A DNA stretch of 64,000 nt from Amphiscolops sp. MND2022 (Eukaryota), in the NCBI GenBank assembly GCA_964187785.1, contig OZ076413.1, positions 50,780,001 to 50,844,000 on the forward strand, read 5' to 3'. Positions within the stretch are counted from its first letter, which is position 1. Every line of letters starts with the position of its first letter. Below, piece after piece: positions 1 to 12,500 of this stretch. The position numbers were made by a program, and so were the translations under genes. Below the pieces are notes generated by a model. The model was not told where the DNA came from, searched no databases, and saw only the letters and a list, made by a program, of their open reading frames with translations.

Positions 1-695
1 CTCAACAGTGATAGCGTCTCCTGGAATTCTTCATTTGTCGCCGACAGATCATCTTGAAGTTCTAATTCAATCAGTGTTGCCTCAGTCAGTTTTTTGCGGT
101 TCTCTTCCTGCACCTCGGCGACTCTAAGTGCAAGTTCTTCCTTGAGTTGCTCTTGTTCTTGCTGCATTCTTTTGAATTCAAGATCTTGCTTTTGCTGAGT
201 CAGTCGGAGTGTAGCTTCATTTTGCTTCTCAATTTCTTCACGCCTTTGTTTTGCTAGGAGTAGCTCCTTCTGCCGTTGACTTGACGTCTTTGATCGAACA
301 TAGCTTGAAACTTTACTGGACTTTGTCTTGTTCGTCGATGGAACTACTGAAGTTTGCGAAGCGTTGTTGGTTTGCAGACATTTCTCCAGATAATCGCGAG
401 CTTTCGTCAGTATTTCATCGTTTCTGACAGCAACGTCGTTTAACCACTTTTCAAAGTCCGGCTTCACTGACTCTGGGTTGGTTGATTTGTTGGCTAAGTC
501 TAGGAGTTGTTCATTTTTTGCAAAAGCTTTAGTCATAGCTTCCTCACACGAGGTGACTAATCGATCAACGCGAACACGTCGTTCGGCATTTCCAATGGCG
601 TCATTGAGCTTTTGTTGGATCTTGTTGAGCTCCGCTTCGGCTTTAGCGCGGCTATCATGCAACTTGGCGGCTTTCTCTTGCATCCTATCAGCCAT
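1..695 (-). CDS. N-terminus of a probable BEL/Pao retrotransposon Gag (coiled-coil region); runs off the left window edge
   Basis: Stop-free frame from ATG 695 to the edge: MADRMQEKAAKLHDSRAKAEAEL...KSSKVSSYVRSKTSSQRQKELLLAKQRREEIEKQNEA.... A Ser-rich linker followed by a Glu/Gln/Lys coiled coil is typical of BEL Gag N-termini. No diagnostic domain lies inside the window. Confidence 0.6.
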   Translation of the reverse strand, partial: MADRMQEKAAKLHDSRAKAEAELNKIQQKLNDAIGNAERRVRVDRLVTSCEEAMTKAFAKNEQLLDLANKSTNPESVKPDFEKWLNDVAVRNDEILTKARDYLEKCLQTNNASQTSVVPSTNKTKSSKVSSYVRSKTSSQRQKELLLAKQRREEIEKQNEATLRLTQQKQDLEFKRMQQEQEQLKEELALRVAEVQEENRKKLTEATLIELELQDDLSATNEEFQETLSLL

Positions 696-1118
696 TGAAT
701 GTTTTCTTTTCGGTTTTTTTAAATCAATATAGTGTGTTGTTAGGACACAGATTGTAGCGTTCTCAGCACTAAATTATGTTCAAAACAGCAGAATCACTTA
801 CAGAACATCAGCCAGACAACTAAGTCCGGACACAGTTCTGAAAATTAATTATGCTGTTGTCAAATAATGAAAATTCTACATCTGGTATTAGAAAATACCT
901 GGTCTGGTACACTGTCTGGTATTTTTCTTTGATGTGTGTTTTCCAAGAAACTTTAATATCTATGCGTTGAACATTTTCTCGAACACTTGTGTCACCACTT
1001 GGATGCACATGGTTGACAAATTTTTTCTCGCATTCCTATCCTCCATACTAAAAAAATATTAATTTTTTTAGTTGCGAAAAAAGGCTAATTTTTGATGATA
1101 TGCATGGGAAATACAACC

Positions 1119-1197
1119 TCGCTGGCTTCGCATACAGCATCGCTGGCTTCGCATACAGCTTCGCTGGCTTCGCATACAGCAAAGCTGGCTCCGCATA
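1119..1197. repeat. Tandem repeat, ~3.8 x 21 bp (TCGCTGGCTTCGCATACAGCA)
   Basis: Units at 1119, 1140, 1161 and a partial at 1182. Bracketed by ~40-bp direct repeats (GAAAAAAGGCTAATTTT.GATGAT.TGC) near 1063-1103 and 1243-1283. Confidence 0.9.
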
Positions 1198-1644
1198 TAT
1201 TTATTTTTACGGATTAGACGAACTTGAAATTTTTTTTATAAATTTTTATAGTTAAGAAAAAAGGCTAATTTTCGATGATGTGCTTGGCCCGAATCAACAA
1301 ATCCCATGCTACTCTTGTATTCTCTGAATCGAAAATGGTTGACCACAAATTGTCAACAATAAGTTCATACAGCTGGCGTCTTAGCTCCAGGTTTTTCGTG
1401 CCACAATTGTTACCAGGATGTTGGCGGTAATCTATCTTGTTCTGATTTTCTGATACCGTCCGTATAGTTGCTTGCTGCTGATGGTAGTCTTTCACGCTCG
1501 AGCCGCTTGTCGATTGTGATATCTTTTCTCTGGTTGTTTCGGTTTGGATTTGGAGGTTTTTGGCTTGCCTTCGGATTCCATCTCCTCTTCATTTGGCTTC
1601 TGTTGCGAAGCTGGATTTCGGTAAAAACCGTTGAAGCCTCGCGG

Positions 1645-2425
1645 TTTTTAGTCCGCGCTTTCATATGACAAAAGAGCACGACTATTACAGTCACACGTTT
1701 TTCTTTTTTCAAGAGAGACTCGAAGCGACGAAAATTTTAATCAGTTTGTTAAACTAAACGAATACCTCGGAAAGGGATCTAAAATTTAGCAAAGGGTCTC
1801 CCTTTCATTTTTTAAAGTTTAAACGAAATATACAAAACCGGACGAGACCAAAGGTTCCCACTTTCATTTTGTTTTCGGCGCTATAAGGTTCTTTTTTCGA
1901 CATTACGATACATGTCCCGCAAAAGTGGAAAGTGATCAATTGGTGTGAAAAGTATTTTGAGTAGAATAGTCAATTAGTGTAAATTTGTCAAAGACCGTAG
2001 TAACCCATTAGTGTAGTGGTGCAGCAAAGTGTAATATGAACGCGGTGAATTCTAGTCAAAATGCGTAGTTAGTAAATGGCGTAAAACAGTCAAAATTGTT
2101 AAAGTGGAATTTCTCTAATTGCGTAAGGTGTAGTAAGGTGTACTTTAGTCGAAGTTTGATTAAAATTCTTTTTTTATGAGTATTCGTTTTTTCGGAAAAT
2201 TTTTCTGTCTCAATGAGGATTTATTGAAGTCTTCTCTCGTAATATCCGGAAAGAAGCGCTTTATACGGACTTTTGACGTTATCTCCGTACCATATTGCAA
2301 TTTAGTAAGGAGGAGGCGGAGGTTCGAAAGGAGGAGTTTTTCATGGAAACGTCCTACGCATATTTTGAAAACTGCGTTTTTTGAGCCTTCGATATAGCGC
2401 CGACTTTACACGTTTCCGTCTTGTT
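1645..2425 (+). mobile_element. HINE/DINE-1-like non-autonomous element, family A (diverged copy)
   Basis: 5' TTTTTAGTCCGCGC; 3' GAGCCTTCGATATAGCGCCGACT + hairpin remnant + TTGTT, matching the other family A copies. Confidence 0.6.
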
Positions 2426-3392
2426 CCCTCTACCACTATGATTAGGGTGAAAATACAATGTTTTAACATTTACTTTTTCATGTAAGCGTCGTATCTTTTC
2501 CGTTATGACCGTATGAACGGTTTGTTCTATTTCATTAGTGAAACATCTTTCGTCAGAGAATCTTCTGTTGATTACCAACGGATGTGAGCTTGCTTTAGGG
2601 TTTTGATTTCTTGTTACCGACGCAGCAGTTGTCTTCTTGGATCCGACCGCGTAGTTCTATTGATTTTTTTCCACTTTTTCCACTTTTTCCATTTTCTAAT
2701 TTTGCTAAGTTTTCTATAGTAAACGTTTCATTCTTTGTATTCTTTTAAATACTATACAGCTGGCTGTATATGATTTTGAAATCCGATCCTAGCTTTAGTC
2801 GGCGCTTCATGAAGTGAAACGCGACTATTATAGTGCCTCTTTTTTTCTTTTTTTTTCAATCCACACGAACTGACCAAAATAATTCTTAAAAGTTCTACAA
2901 ATTATTATTGCACCGAATTGCACCATTTGGCCTAGCGAACTGAACCAAAAAGGATGTTCCTGTTTTTTCGCGTAACATACTTGATCTAAATTTTTGTTAA
3001 CTCCGTTTTCCTTTGTTCTTAATGGATGAATGGATAACTGAGAAGAAGAATTTTGCATCAAAAGGACGCCACATGGTTTTTTCCTTGAATTGCCTGTGAA
3101 ATAGGAGGAATGTGTTAGTTTAACGTCGGAAAGTCATCTCTCGAAGTTGAACGACTCGTTTCATGTTCAACTTGGGGTTTCGAATATTCAACTTGGGGAA
3201 ACAACCACCTTCTGGATTCAATTTTATATGGTTCAAATTTAATGTCTGAGGACGTTAAAAAAATTAAATTTGCTCACAAAAAACACAAACAATTTATAAT
3301 ATCGAAAATACAAAAAGTTTTGTGAATATACGTTTTACAGTCCCTTGTGTGGAAGCAGAACTGGTTTGACCCAAAACAAACTGTTGATAGAA

Positions 3393-3578
3393 ATGAAGAC
3401 TTATTCAAACAGCCTTATTTACGCCCTTTTCATCCTTATGCTGATTGTTGTGTTACTGAAAATCGACACACCGCCTGTACGTTTGAGAGGTTTTACTTTT
3501 CCAAGTATCAGGACACAAGCTAGAGATAACCTGGTCACTGGCAATGAAGAAAAGAACACAGAAAAGTTTGCCAATGAG
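3393..3578 (+). CDS. Sulfotransferase-like gene, probable exon 1 (TM anchor and stem); 3' boundary uncertain
   Basis: MKTYSNSLIYALFILMLIVVLLKIDT...; frame stops at 3617, so a donor must precede it. Confidence 0.55.
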
Positions 3579-6500
3579 GGAAGTCTTGATGACATCGAAA
3601 AGCTAATGAGGCTCTAGATTGAAATCATGTCATACTCTGTTTTTTAACATTTGTCAGGAGATCCAGCATGAACCATGTTTGCATGTTTGATTAATTAGTA
3701 AATGAAAAGAAAAATGGAAAGAAATTTTTCATTGTATTGTGATGTTTTTTTTTCACTTGAAAAACCATAGAAATCCAAATACACTTTTTTTTCAAATTCA
3801 TCCATTCCCGAGAATTTTTGCCCGAGAAATTGACCTCCAGAAAGTAAATTGCAAAAATTTGATTTTTTTGAAATTGTAACTCGTTCACAGTATATTTTAA
3901 AAATGATACATCAAGACTAACCCATCATCTCTGAATAACATGCGTCTCATCTCACTGAAACACAAGCTTTTAAACATTTGGTCATGGCAGAAAACACCCC
4001 AACCAAAAAGCAGCCTCTCAATGTGTCTGAACTTTACAACGATTGTACAACATTCACTGACTTGATCAGGTACAGTAAACCCAAAATGAAGTTTGTCTTT
4101 TTCTTCGGTTTCAACCACTGTGGATCCTCGGCCACTGGAATGGTGTTGGACGCTCATCCCAATGTCATGGTTGCCAACGAGTTTGACCTTTTTGGGAAAA
4201 TGGACAACTCAAGTGACCTTTTGCCATTGATGGAACAACTGTGCAGTGAATGTAAAGCAAGAGCCTATAAAATGAACACAAGAGCAGTGAATTCAAAAGG
4301 GAGCTTCTTCTTCACAATTTCACCCCTAAAACAATGAAAAAAATGGACAAAGTTTATCAAAATGCAGAGATCCCATGTTTACAAGCCATGGCGTTCCATC
4401 CTTGATGCACCCTTGATTCATGGGTTCGCCATGCTGAGAATCATTTAATGATCATGGAAAGATGTTCATGATTCATGGATGATCATGGATGAAAAGCCAT
4501 GATGCCATGCCATGGATAATCATGAATGATTAGTCATGATTCGAATGTAATGCCATGAAAGAGCCATGGTCATGGATGAAATGCAATGAATGAGCCATGA
4601 TGGTAACCTTACGTGTGATTCCTTCAAAAGAAATGTTTCTTTTGAAGGAATCACACGTAAACCTAATACAGAACGCTACTTACGACGGGAAGACTCTAAA
4701 GCAGTAGTTTGGTCCAAAATTAGAGACACTAAGCTCCTTAGACACATCGCCCGAATAAGTCTTTTTGAATACCTTCCAGAAACGCGATCCGTTGTACTTT
4801 CTAGTACCTTATTGCTGCGAATAACTTCTAAATTATCAATTATAAATTTCTTCTCGCACGTTTCTGAAAGTTGCTGTCACTTGGGCTTTCTGTTTTTGCT
4901 TTCTTTTACATGAGAAGTAATTTTACTCTGGTTAGAGAAAATAGTATGTGAAAAAAGATTATGCGTTGTACTTGGATGTTAAAAAGATTTAGGATCCCTC
5001 CAGGGAAAATTAGGACCAAAAACATGAATTGAAATCAAATTGAACGCAATAGCATCTGAGCTTTTTTTGAGTTTGGAGGTAGGAATTTGTTGTGTGCTCA
5101 ATGCGCGTAGCTTGCGAGACCAAAGTCTGACGGAATGACAACTGATAACATATAATGGTGCCCTTATGCGACTAATGGAAAATTTTGGTCCCAGTAGAAC
5201 TTTTCAACAAACAATTGTCATGTGTGGAGTTTTTCGTACATGTCAGCGAAATAGTTGACTGTAAACTGAGACAACCCGGATCCAGCGACACATGTGAAAC
5301 CCTTTGAAAAAGCAAACGAAGTAATAAAAACATAAAACATTTATTGGAGATGCCGGACACGGTCTGGAACTGCAAACAAAATTGCAGATATTTGGAACCA
5401 GAATCCTTATGCTAGGAGTTTGGAGGCGCTCTTCTGGTTCGACTCAGAAATATCACGGACATAAACCCATAGATGTTGTCAATGATGATTCACGAGCTCT
5501 CTCGCCACTTAGGAAGTTTCGATAACTCTCATGTTTCTACAACCGCTCATCAGGACCCTTCAAACCGAAGACATACAAAGAAACACCGAGTTCAATCCGG
5601 AACAACAGGACTTGGCCTCTGAAGCCATTCCTTCACAGATCTGTGAACCGCATTTGGACAACTCAGCTGTCACTCTCTCTAGCCAGCAACAACCACCGCA
5701 GTTGGACAACTCAGTCGTCACTCTCCCTCATCAACAGCAACCACTAAGTATTCCCTGTCATTTGCCACATCCGTCACCCTCAACAACTGCAACTAGCCGT
5801 TTAGTCTACACAACCAACTATCATCTACAAACTTTCGACACTGTTTTGACAAACAGCGTCCATCCATCATATCAGGTGGTCAATCCCCTCTTTCCGTTAC
5901 CCCACATGCAAAGCGCCAATCTTCAACATCTTCCACCTTCATCAGTTCCGCTTCCAGCTGAAACGCTTACACAATTTTGTCCGTCGTCCAATCACCAGAC
6001 TTTTCTGCCTGTAACGCAACCCATTGCCGCTCACCCTGACATTTGCTTTGCCACCAACACCAAATGGATAACACGGACCTTTCCTAACCCAGCCACCGAG
6101 TGTCCTCCAATGTTACATCCTCGTTGTAACCCTGTTCTTCAGGGTCAACCTCATTTTATTAACCAGCCGATTCAGCAGTCAGTTACCTCCGCCCTACCGT
6201 GCCAGTTGTTTCAGCCCAACACCCGTTCGCAGCCTCTTGTATAAAGCTGCCGCCTGTTCAGATTTCGAAATTCGATGGAGATCCTCTCGCCTTTCATGAT
6301 TGGATCAACTGTTTTAAAGCATCTGTTCACGATAACAGATCAATTTCACAAACTCACCGAATTACCTACCTGCAAAACTCCGTTTCCGGAAAGGCGAAAG
6401 ACCTCATCCGAGGTTACTCTTGTAACCCTGCTTTCTACAACGTCGCGCTAGCGGAACTTGAGTCTCGCTTCGGTTCACCGCAACACGTTGTAACAGCCTA

Positions 6501-9500
6501 CATTCGCCGTCTCGAATCATGGCAAAAAATGTCATCACTAAACCACACTCTCGTATCGTTTTCTACATTTCTGAAACAGCTGATTCAAACCTTCCACAAT
6601 CTTCCTTTCACAGCTGATCTGCAATCCTCAACTGTACTAACCCTTGCCAAAGAAAAACTCCCGCACCATTTGTTGCTCAAATGGACTGAACATATAGTTA
6701 GAAACAACATGTCAACACCTATTCTGCTGGATTTCCAACAATGGTTGGATATTCAAGCAAAGGTACTGGAAACACTGGAACCAGCTTGTGATAGATCCAA
6801 TGACAACGAACGTTCCTCCAGCACCACCGCACCAAAGACATCGAAAATCAAATCCCTTGCTAGTCCAACCTGTGCTGCTCCGCACTTTGTCTACAATTGC
6901 CCCCAGTACGCGTCCGCTTCCATGAACGAAAAACTTCAAAAGATCAAAGACCTCAAGTTATGCTACAATTGTTTGAGCAACTCCCACTTGAAACCCGACT
7001 GCCCATCCAAAATTCGCTGTCAAGAACCCAACTGTGGAGCTTCTCACCACACCTCTCTCCACACTCAACTCCAAAAAGACCTTCGGAATGTCAACGAAAA
7101 AAATATCTCGACTTACAAAAAGTCAGTTGCTAGCAAATCCGATCTACAAAATAACGACCACGATGCCGGAACGTCAACGCAATTTCAACGCTCCCAGAAT
7201 CAAAAATCCTCCCGACAACCGCAGTTTAACGCCGCTGCCATCAACAAATTTCACAAAGATCTTTTTTCTGTTCTTCAATTTATCCCCGTTTCCATCATCA
7301 ATGGAGACAAAACGTTTGATACATATGCCTTGATTGATCTCGGTAGCACAGGAACGTACATCGTAGACCATGTCTCGAGTTTCCTCAGCTTCAAAACTGG
7401 CGAGGAATATAAACTAGATGTACAGTTTCTGAGCCTGTCTCGTTCCTTGTCAGTCTCTGCCACATCATTTGACATTGCACCGTACGACGACAATGACAGC
7501 AAATTTCACGTACAACACGCTTTTTCCACCCCTAATATCAACCTTCCCCCTGCCTGCCCATACCACCGAACTCAATGATACTTGTCAAAATTTCTTCCAG
7601 CTCCGTCACATAAAGTTCCCAGACATCAATCAGGGGAAAATTGGTGTCCTTCTCGGCAACGCTTGTGTCCCCTTCACCCATTCGTTGGAGTGGATTCGCG
7701 GAGCTCACAACTGTCCTTCCGGTATTCGAACGGAGCTCGGCTGCACAATTACCGGCGAGTTCCGTCACTCCTCCCGAAAGAAATCTACCGCCACGAAGCA
7801 CCTGCTTTTCTTTGCTTCCCATGAAACCTGGCCTCAATCAGCTTTCACCGACATTCTCGAACACTACTGGAATGTTGAAAAAATAGCCACTGACCCAGCA
7901 CAAAAAGATGCTTTGTCTACACATGACAAAGAAGCCCTTCAGATACTTCAAGACACCTGCCGCCACAATGGCGAAAGGTACGAAATAGGACTTCCTGGAA
8001 ACGCTACACGCCACTCCCGAACAATTATTTCGCCGCATTAAGTCAACTCCGCAGCCTCGAAAAACGCTTCCGAGAACACCCGCAGAACAAAGCCAAATTT
8101 GACGAAACCTTGCAGAAGGATCTCAAAAAAAGTCAAAATGCAACATCCGCCGCCCCCGCGAACTTGGTACCTCCCCAGGCATCCCGTCGAGAATCCCAAT
8201 AAACCTGGCAAAGTCCGCCGAGTAGCCAACGCAGCCTCGAAGTTCAAGGGCGTCTCGCTCAATAACGCTCTTCTAACCGGTCCAGACCTGTTAGCTAAGT
8301 TGCTTGAAATCATTCTCCGTTTCCGCAAACATAATGTCGGTGTCTTAGTTGACATCGAAGGTATGTCTATGCAAGTTGCCATCCGTGAAGAAGACCAGTC
8401 GGTGTTACGCTTCCTCTGGTTAGAAGATGGTATCGTTCGCCAATATCAATATGCTCGCCTCACCTTTGGCGCCACGTGCTCGCCTTGCTGCGCCATCTTC
8501 GCTCTACACCGTTGCGCTGCCGACCTCTCCGACCGCTTTCCCGACGTTTATGAAGCAGTTTTAAACAACTTTTACATGGATGATTTCATAATGTCGTTTG
8601 CCACCGCTGAAGCCGCTCGCCGCCTTATCTCGAATCTACGCACTGTTCTCCAACACGGAGGGTTCCGCCTTACCAAGTTCGTTTCGAATAATCCCGCCGC
8701 TCTTACTGCTCTTCCCGAAGAAGACATGGAAATCATTCAGAAAACAACGAAAGTTCTCGGTCAGACTTGGTGTCTTTCGAATGACACGTTCACAACTCCT
8801 ACGCCGAAAACAATCGACCCGCCGCAAACGCTTCGACAACTGTTCAGCACAGTTTCCTGCATTTTCGATCTTATTGGATTGCTCGCTCCTTTCGTGATAC
8901 AACTCAAAGTCATTCTTCAGAACCTCTGGAAGCGAGGACAAACATAGGACCAGCCCGTTCCTGACGATCTCTAACCTCGCATCATCAAGCTGGCCACGCA
9001 ATACGCCACCATGCCTGACATCTCCGTACTGCATCAAATATCACCTCTGCAGAACTTCACATTTTCACCGACGCTTCCATCTCCGCATTTTCCGCCGTTA
9101 TATACGCACGTCAACCGCCGTCTGACACCACTCCCGCTCATCTCGTCTTCGTTCTTGGCAAGAGCCGTGTGGCTTCCATCAAGCAACGCAGTGTTTCAAA
9201 ACTGGAACTCGAAGCCTCCGTTTTAGGAGTCCGTTTACTCCGCACCGTTCTAAACGCTTTCGAATGTAACTTTCGCCAAGTTCTTTTTTGGACTGATAGT
9301 TGCGTCGTGTTGGATTGATCCAAAACCAAAAGAAACGTAAAACATTCTTTGCTCACCGAGTGAACGAAATCGCTCAATACACAAAACCGAACCAGTGGAA
9401 CTACGTTCCAACCGAATTGAACCGAGCCGATCACGGAACTCGCGGTTTGAAACACTCAGACATTTCCTCCAAATGGACAAAAGGAACCGATTACTTTTTG

Positions 9501-12500
9501 CATCCTGTAAAAAATTGGCCCTCAAGAATGCCTACAAACCTCGATAGGTCGATCTGCACCGCAACCGTCGTCGTGTCGCAAACCGGCTTCGTTGATTTTT
9601 CAATTTTTTCTTCTTGGAATTGTTTACTCAAAACAACCGCAATCGTCCGCTTCTTCATCCGCGCCAAAATTAACCGCTAATGATTTTCAACTAGCAACCG
9701 AAACACTTCTCCGTCAATCGCAACTATTGTCTCTTACAGCCGTTCTTGAAAAACTTCTTCGAAAGGAATCATTGTCGTCCAAAGGCAAACTCCTTCCTTT
9801 GAACCCTTTCAATGACGAACGCCAAATTATACGCTCTTCCGGACGTCTACAATACGCACCGTTCTACTACCCGCATGCCCGTCGTTCTAGATGCCCAGAT
9901 CGCAATAACCCGCCTCCTCATGGAACACTTTCACGAAATCTGCAACCACGCCGGTCCCGAATACGTCAAGTCATTTCTGCAACAACGTTATTTCATTTTT
10001 GGCGTCTGTGCCGCCCTGCGCACCATCAATTATCGTTGCTTCCAATGCCGCCGCTTTCGCGCCGAAAACGTGGAGCCAATGATGGCGCCCTTACCCCGAT
10101 GCCGATTTCCATCCACAGATACGCCATATCCGTTCGCCAACTCCGGAGTCGATGCGTTCGGACCATTCTTCATTGTCAACGGAAAACGAACTGAGAAACA
10201 CTACAGCCTGATCTTCACCTGCCTCGTCACCCGCGCCTGTCATTTGAAACCTTGTCCCGCCATGACCACGGACTCCTTCATCAACGCCTTCCGACGCTTC
10301 ATTGCCAGAAGAGGAGAGCCGCAGTACCATCGTTCCGACAATGGAAAAAATTTCGTTGGTTCCCGTCGTGAACTTCAGGAAGCCTTGAACGCAGGTATCA
10401 GCACAGCTCTGCAAACTCCTCCCCTAGCACCCGAGATGGAATGGCACCTCAACCCGCCGTTTGCGCCGCACTTTGGTGGGGCGTGGGAAGGCCTTATCCA
10501 AACGGCCAAGAAAACTCTACTCCTCATCCTAGGTTCCAGAAAACTGACTTTAGAACTGTTTCACACAATCATTGCCGAAACAAAACTCATGCTCAACTCA
10601 CGACCTCTGACCCATGTTGCCGACTACCCTGACAACGAAGAACCTCTGACTCCCTACCATTTTCTTCTCCTCAGACCCTATGCAAACCTGCCACCTGGAG
10701 TTTTCCAAGATTCCAGTTATCAGCTCACGCAGAATACTTGGAAAGAAACCCAAAAACTTGTCAACCGTATTTGGAAGAGACTGCTAACTGAATAGTTTCC
10801 CACACTGCACCACCGGTCCAAGTGGAATCAACAACTACCACCAATTAGTGTTGGAGAACTTGTGTGGGTGCTTCGAGACTTCGATCCTCGTGGGATTTGG
10901 CCTATTGGGCGAGTGGAAGCTGATTTCCCTGGGCGAGATGGACAGACCCGAGTGTGTTCTGTAAAGACAGCTTACGGAACTTTCGAGCACCCCGCCGTCT
11001 CCCTTTCCCGCGTTTTCGCCCCGTGACGGTTCGTTCGCCACGACTCATTTTCGGAAAGATTTTTCCCGGTCCGCCCTCGTCTCCCCTCTCTTCTCCCTGC
11101 AGCTTGGGGGGCTGGAGCATGTCAATGATGATTCACAACATTGACTCAACATTAACTCTAAACAATTTTTAACTTTACTTTCTGACTTTTCACGTTTTTT
11201 TCAAACTGTTTATCATGCTGATGACTCAATAAATGAAATATAAAACGTTTCTTATAAATGTATTCTTTATACACTTTCACTGCCTTCCCTCATATCGAAC
11301 GGCCTCACTTGTTTTTTTGCTGAAAAGGCACGATCAAACCCAAAACTTCGAAATTTCAGCTACTTAGAAATTTTACTTTTTCATCTCATGCAATTCCATG
11401 CATGGAATTATATGATTTCATGCATGGAAACGTGTGGAAAGCAAGAATGTCATGATTCCATGCATGGAATTGCGTGGAAGCCTCATGAATTAGGATGCAG
11501 GAGTGCAAAAACAACCTAAGAAAAAGAGCCTGTTTCATTTGGTTTTAGCTTGCAACTTTTTGTGGTATGCCGAAGACCGGACGTAAAACTGATCTGTAAT
11601 GAACTTTATCCATCCTTTAACCGTACTGCTACGAATTAATTACCGTCTGAAGATGCGGTTTGTGGGGCACTCAGTTACACTATACATTACGACGCATAAC
11701 CCTACACTTTTAGTGCGGCTCAAAGTTGAACCGTTTGAGCAGTGGAATCCTGCGTCAAGCTTCATAACATGCAAACCGCAAAGCGCGGAAAGCAGGGACT
11801 AATACCGCAGTGTTTAATTTCTCTCAGCAGTCGCAGCAGTGGATTCCGCTGTTTTTCCTTCTACATTACGAAAGCTTGTCTCTGGAATCCGCTCTTTTTA
11901 TGCTGTGTATTGTTATATGACACCGGATTCCGGTGCAGCGACTGCGGAATCCGCTGCTGTCTAAAATAATAAGATATCCCTCTGGAATCCACTAAAACGT
12001 TAATGTAAAGAAATTCGGCGTCGGAATCCAAAAAATGCAAGCGGATTCCGCTGCACGTGTTGTAAAGCGTGTCTTTGAAATCCGCCATTTAAAACAGCGG
12101 ATTCCAGGTCCTGTAGATCCTATATGCGGTTAGCAGTCGATTCCGCTCTTTTAAAAAATGTAGGTTATGCGTTGTAATGTACATTCAGATTAGCTAGGCG
12201 TATAGTATCTAACTTAGACAATGGTGTCCATTCTACATTTTACTTCTTTTTAGTCGGCGTTTTCGAAGAAAATCCCGACTCTTACAGTGGCTAGTTTTTT
12301 TTCGTCAGTTCAACGCGAAACGTCCACTTTTTGTGCATTAATGCACATTTACCAACTTTTACCCTATGTACTTAGTACTTCATTTTCAACGCATCCAAAG
12401 CCTCTAACATGAGATAAAAAGCCATTCCAAAGCAGAAGGGTCCACTTTTCTCGAAACTATGAGACTTTCCTCCTTTTTTCGGCACTGTGAGACTGATTTT

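Noticed and set aside
1119..1197. Possible CRISPR-like array
   Set aside because: Contiguous tandem units with no spacers, in a eukaryotic context.
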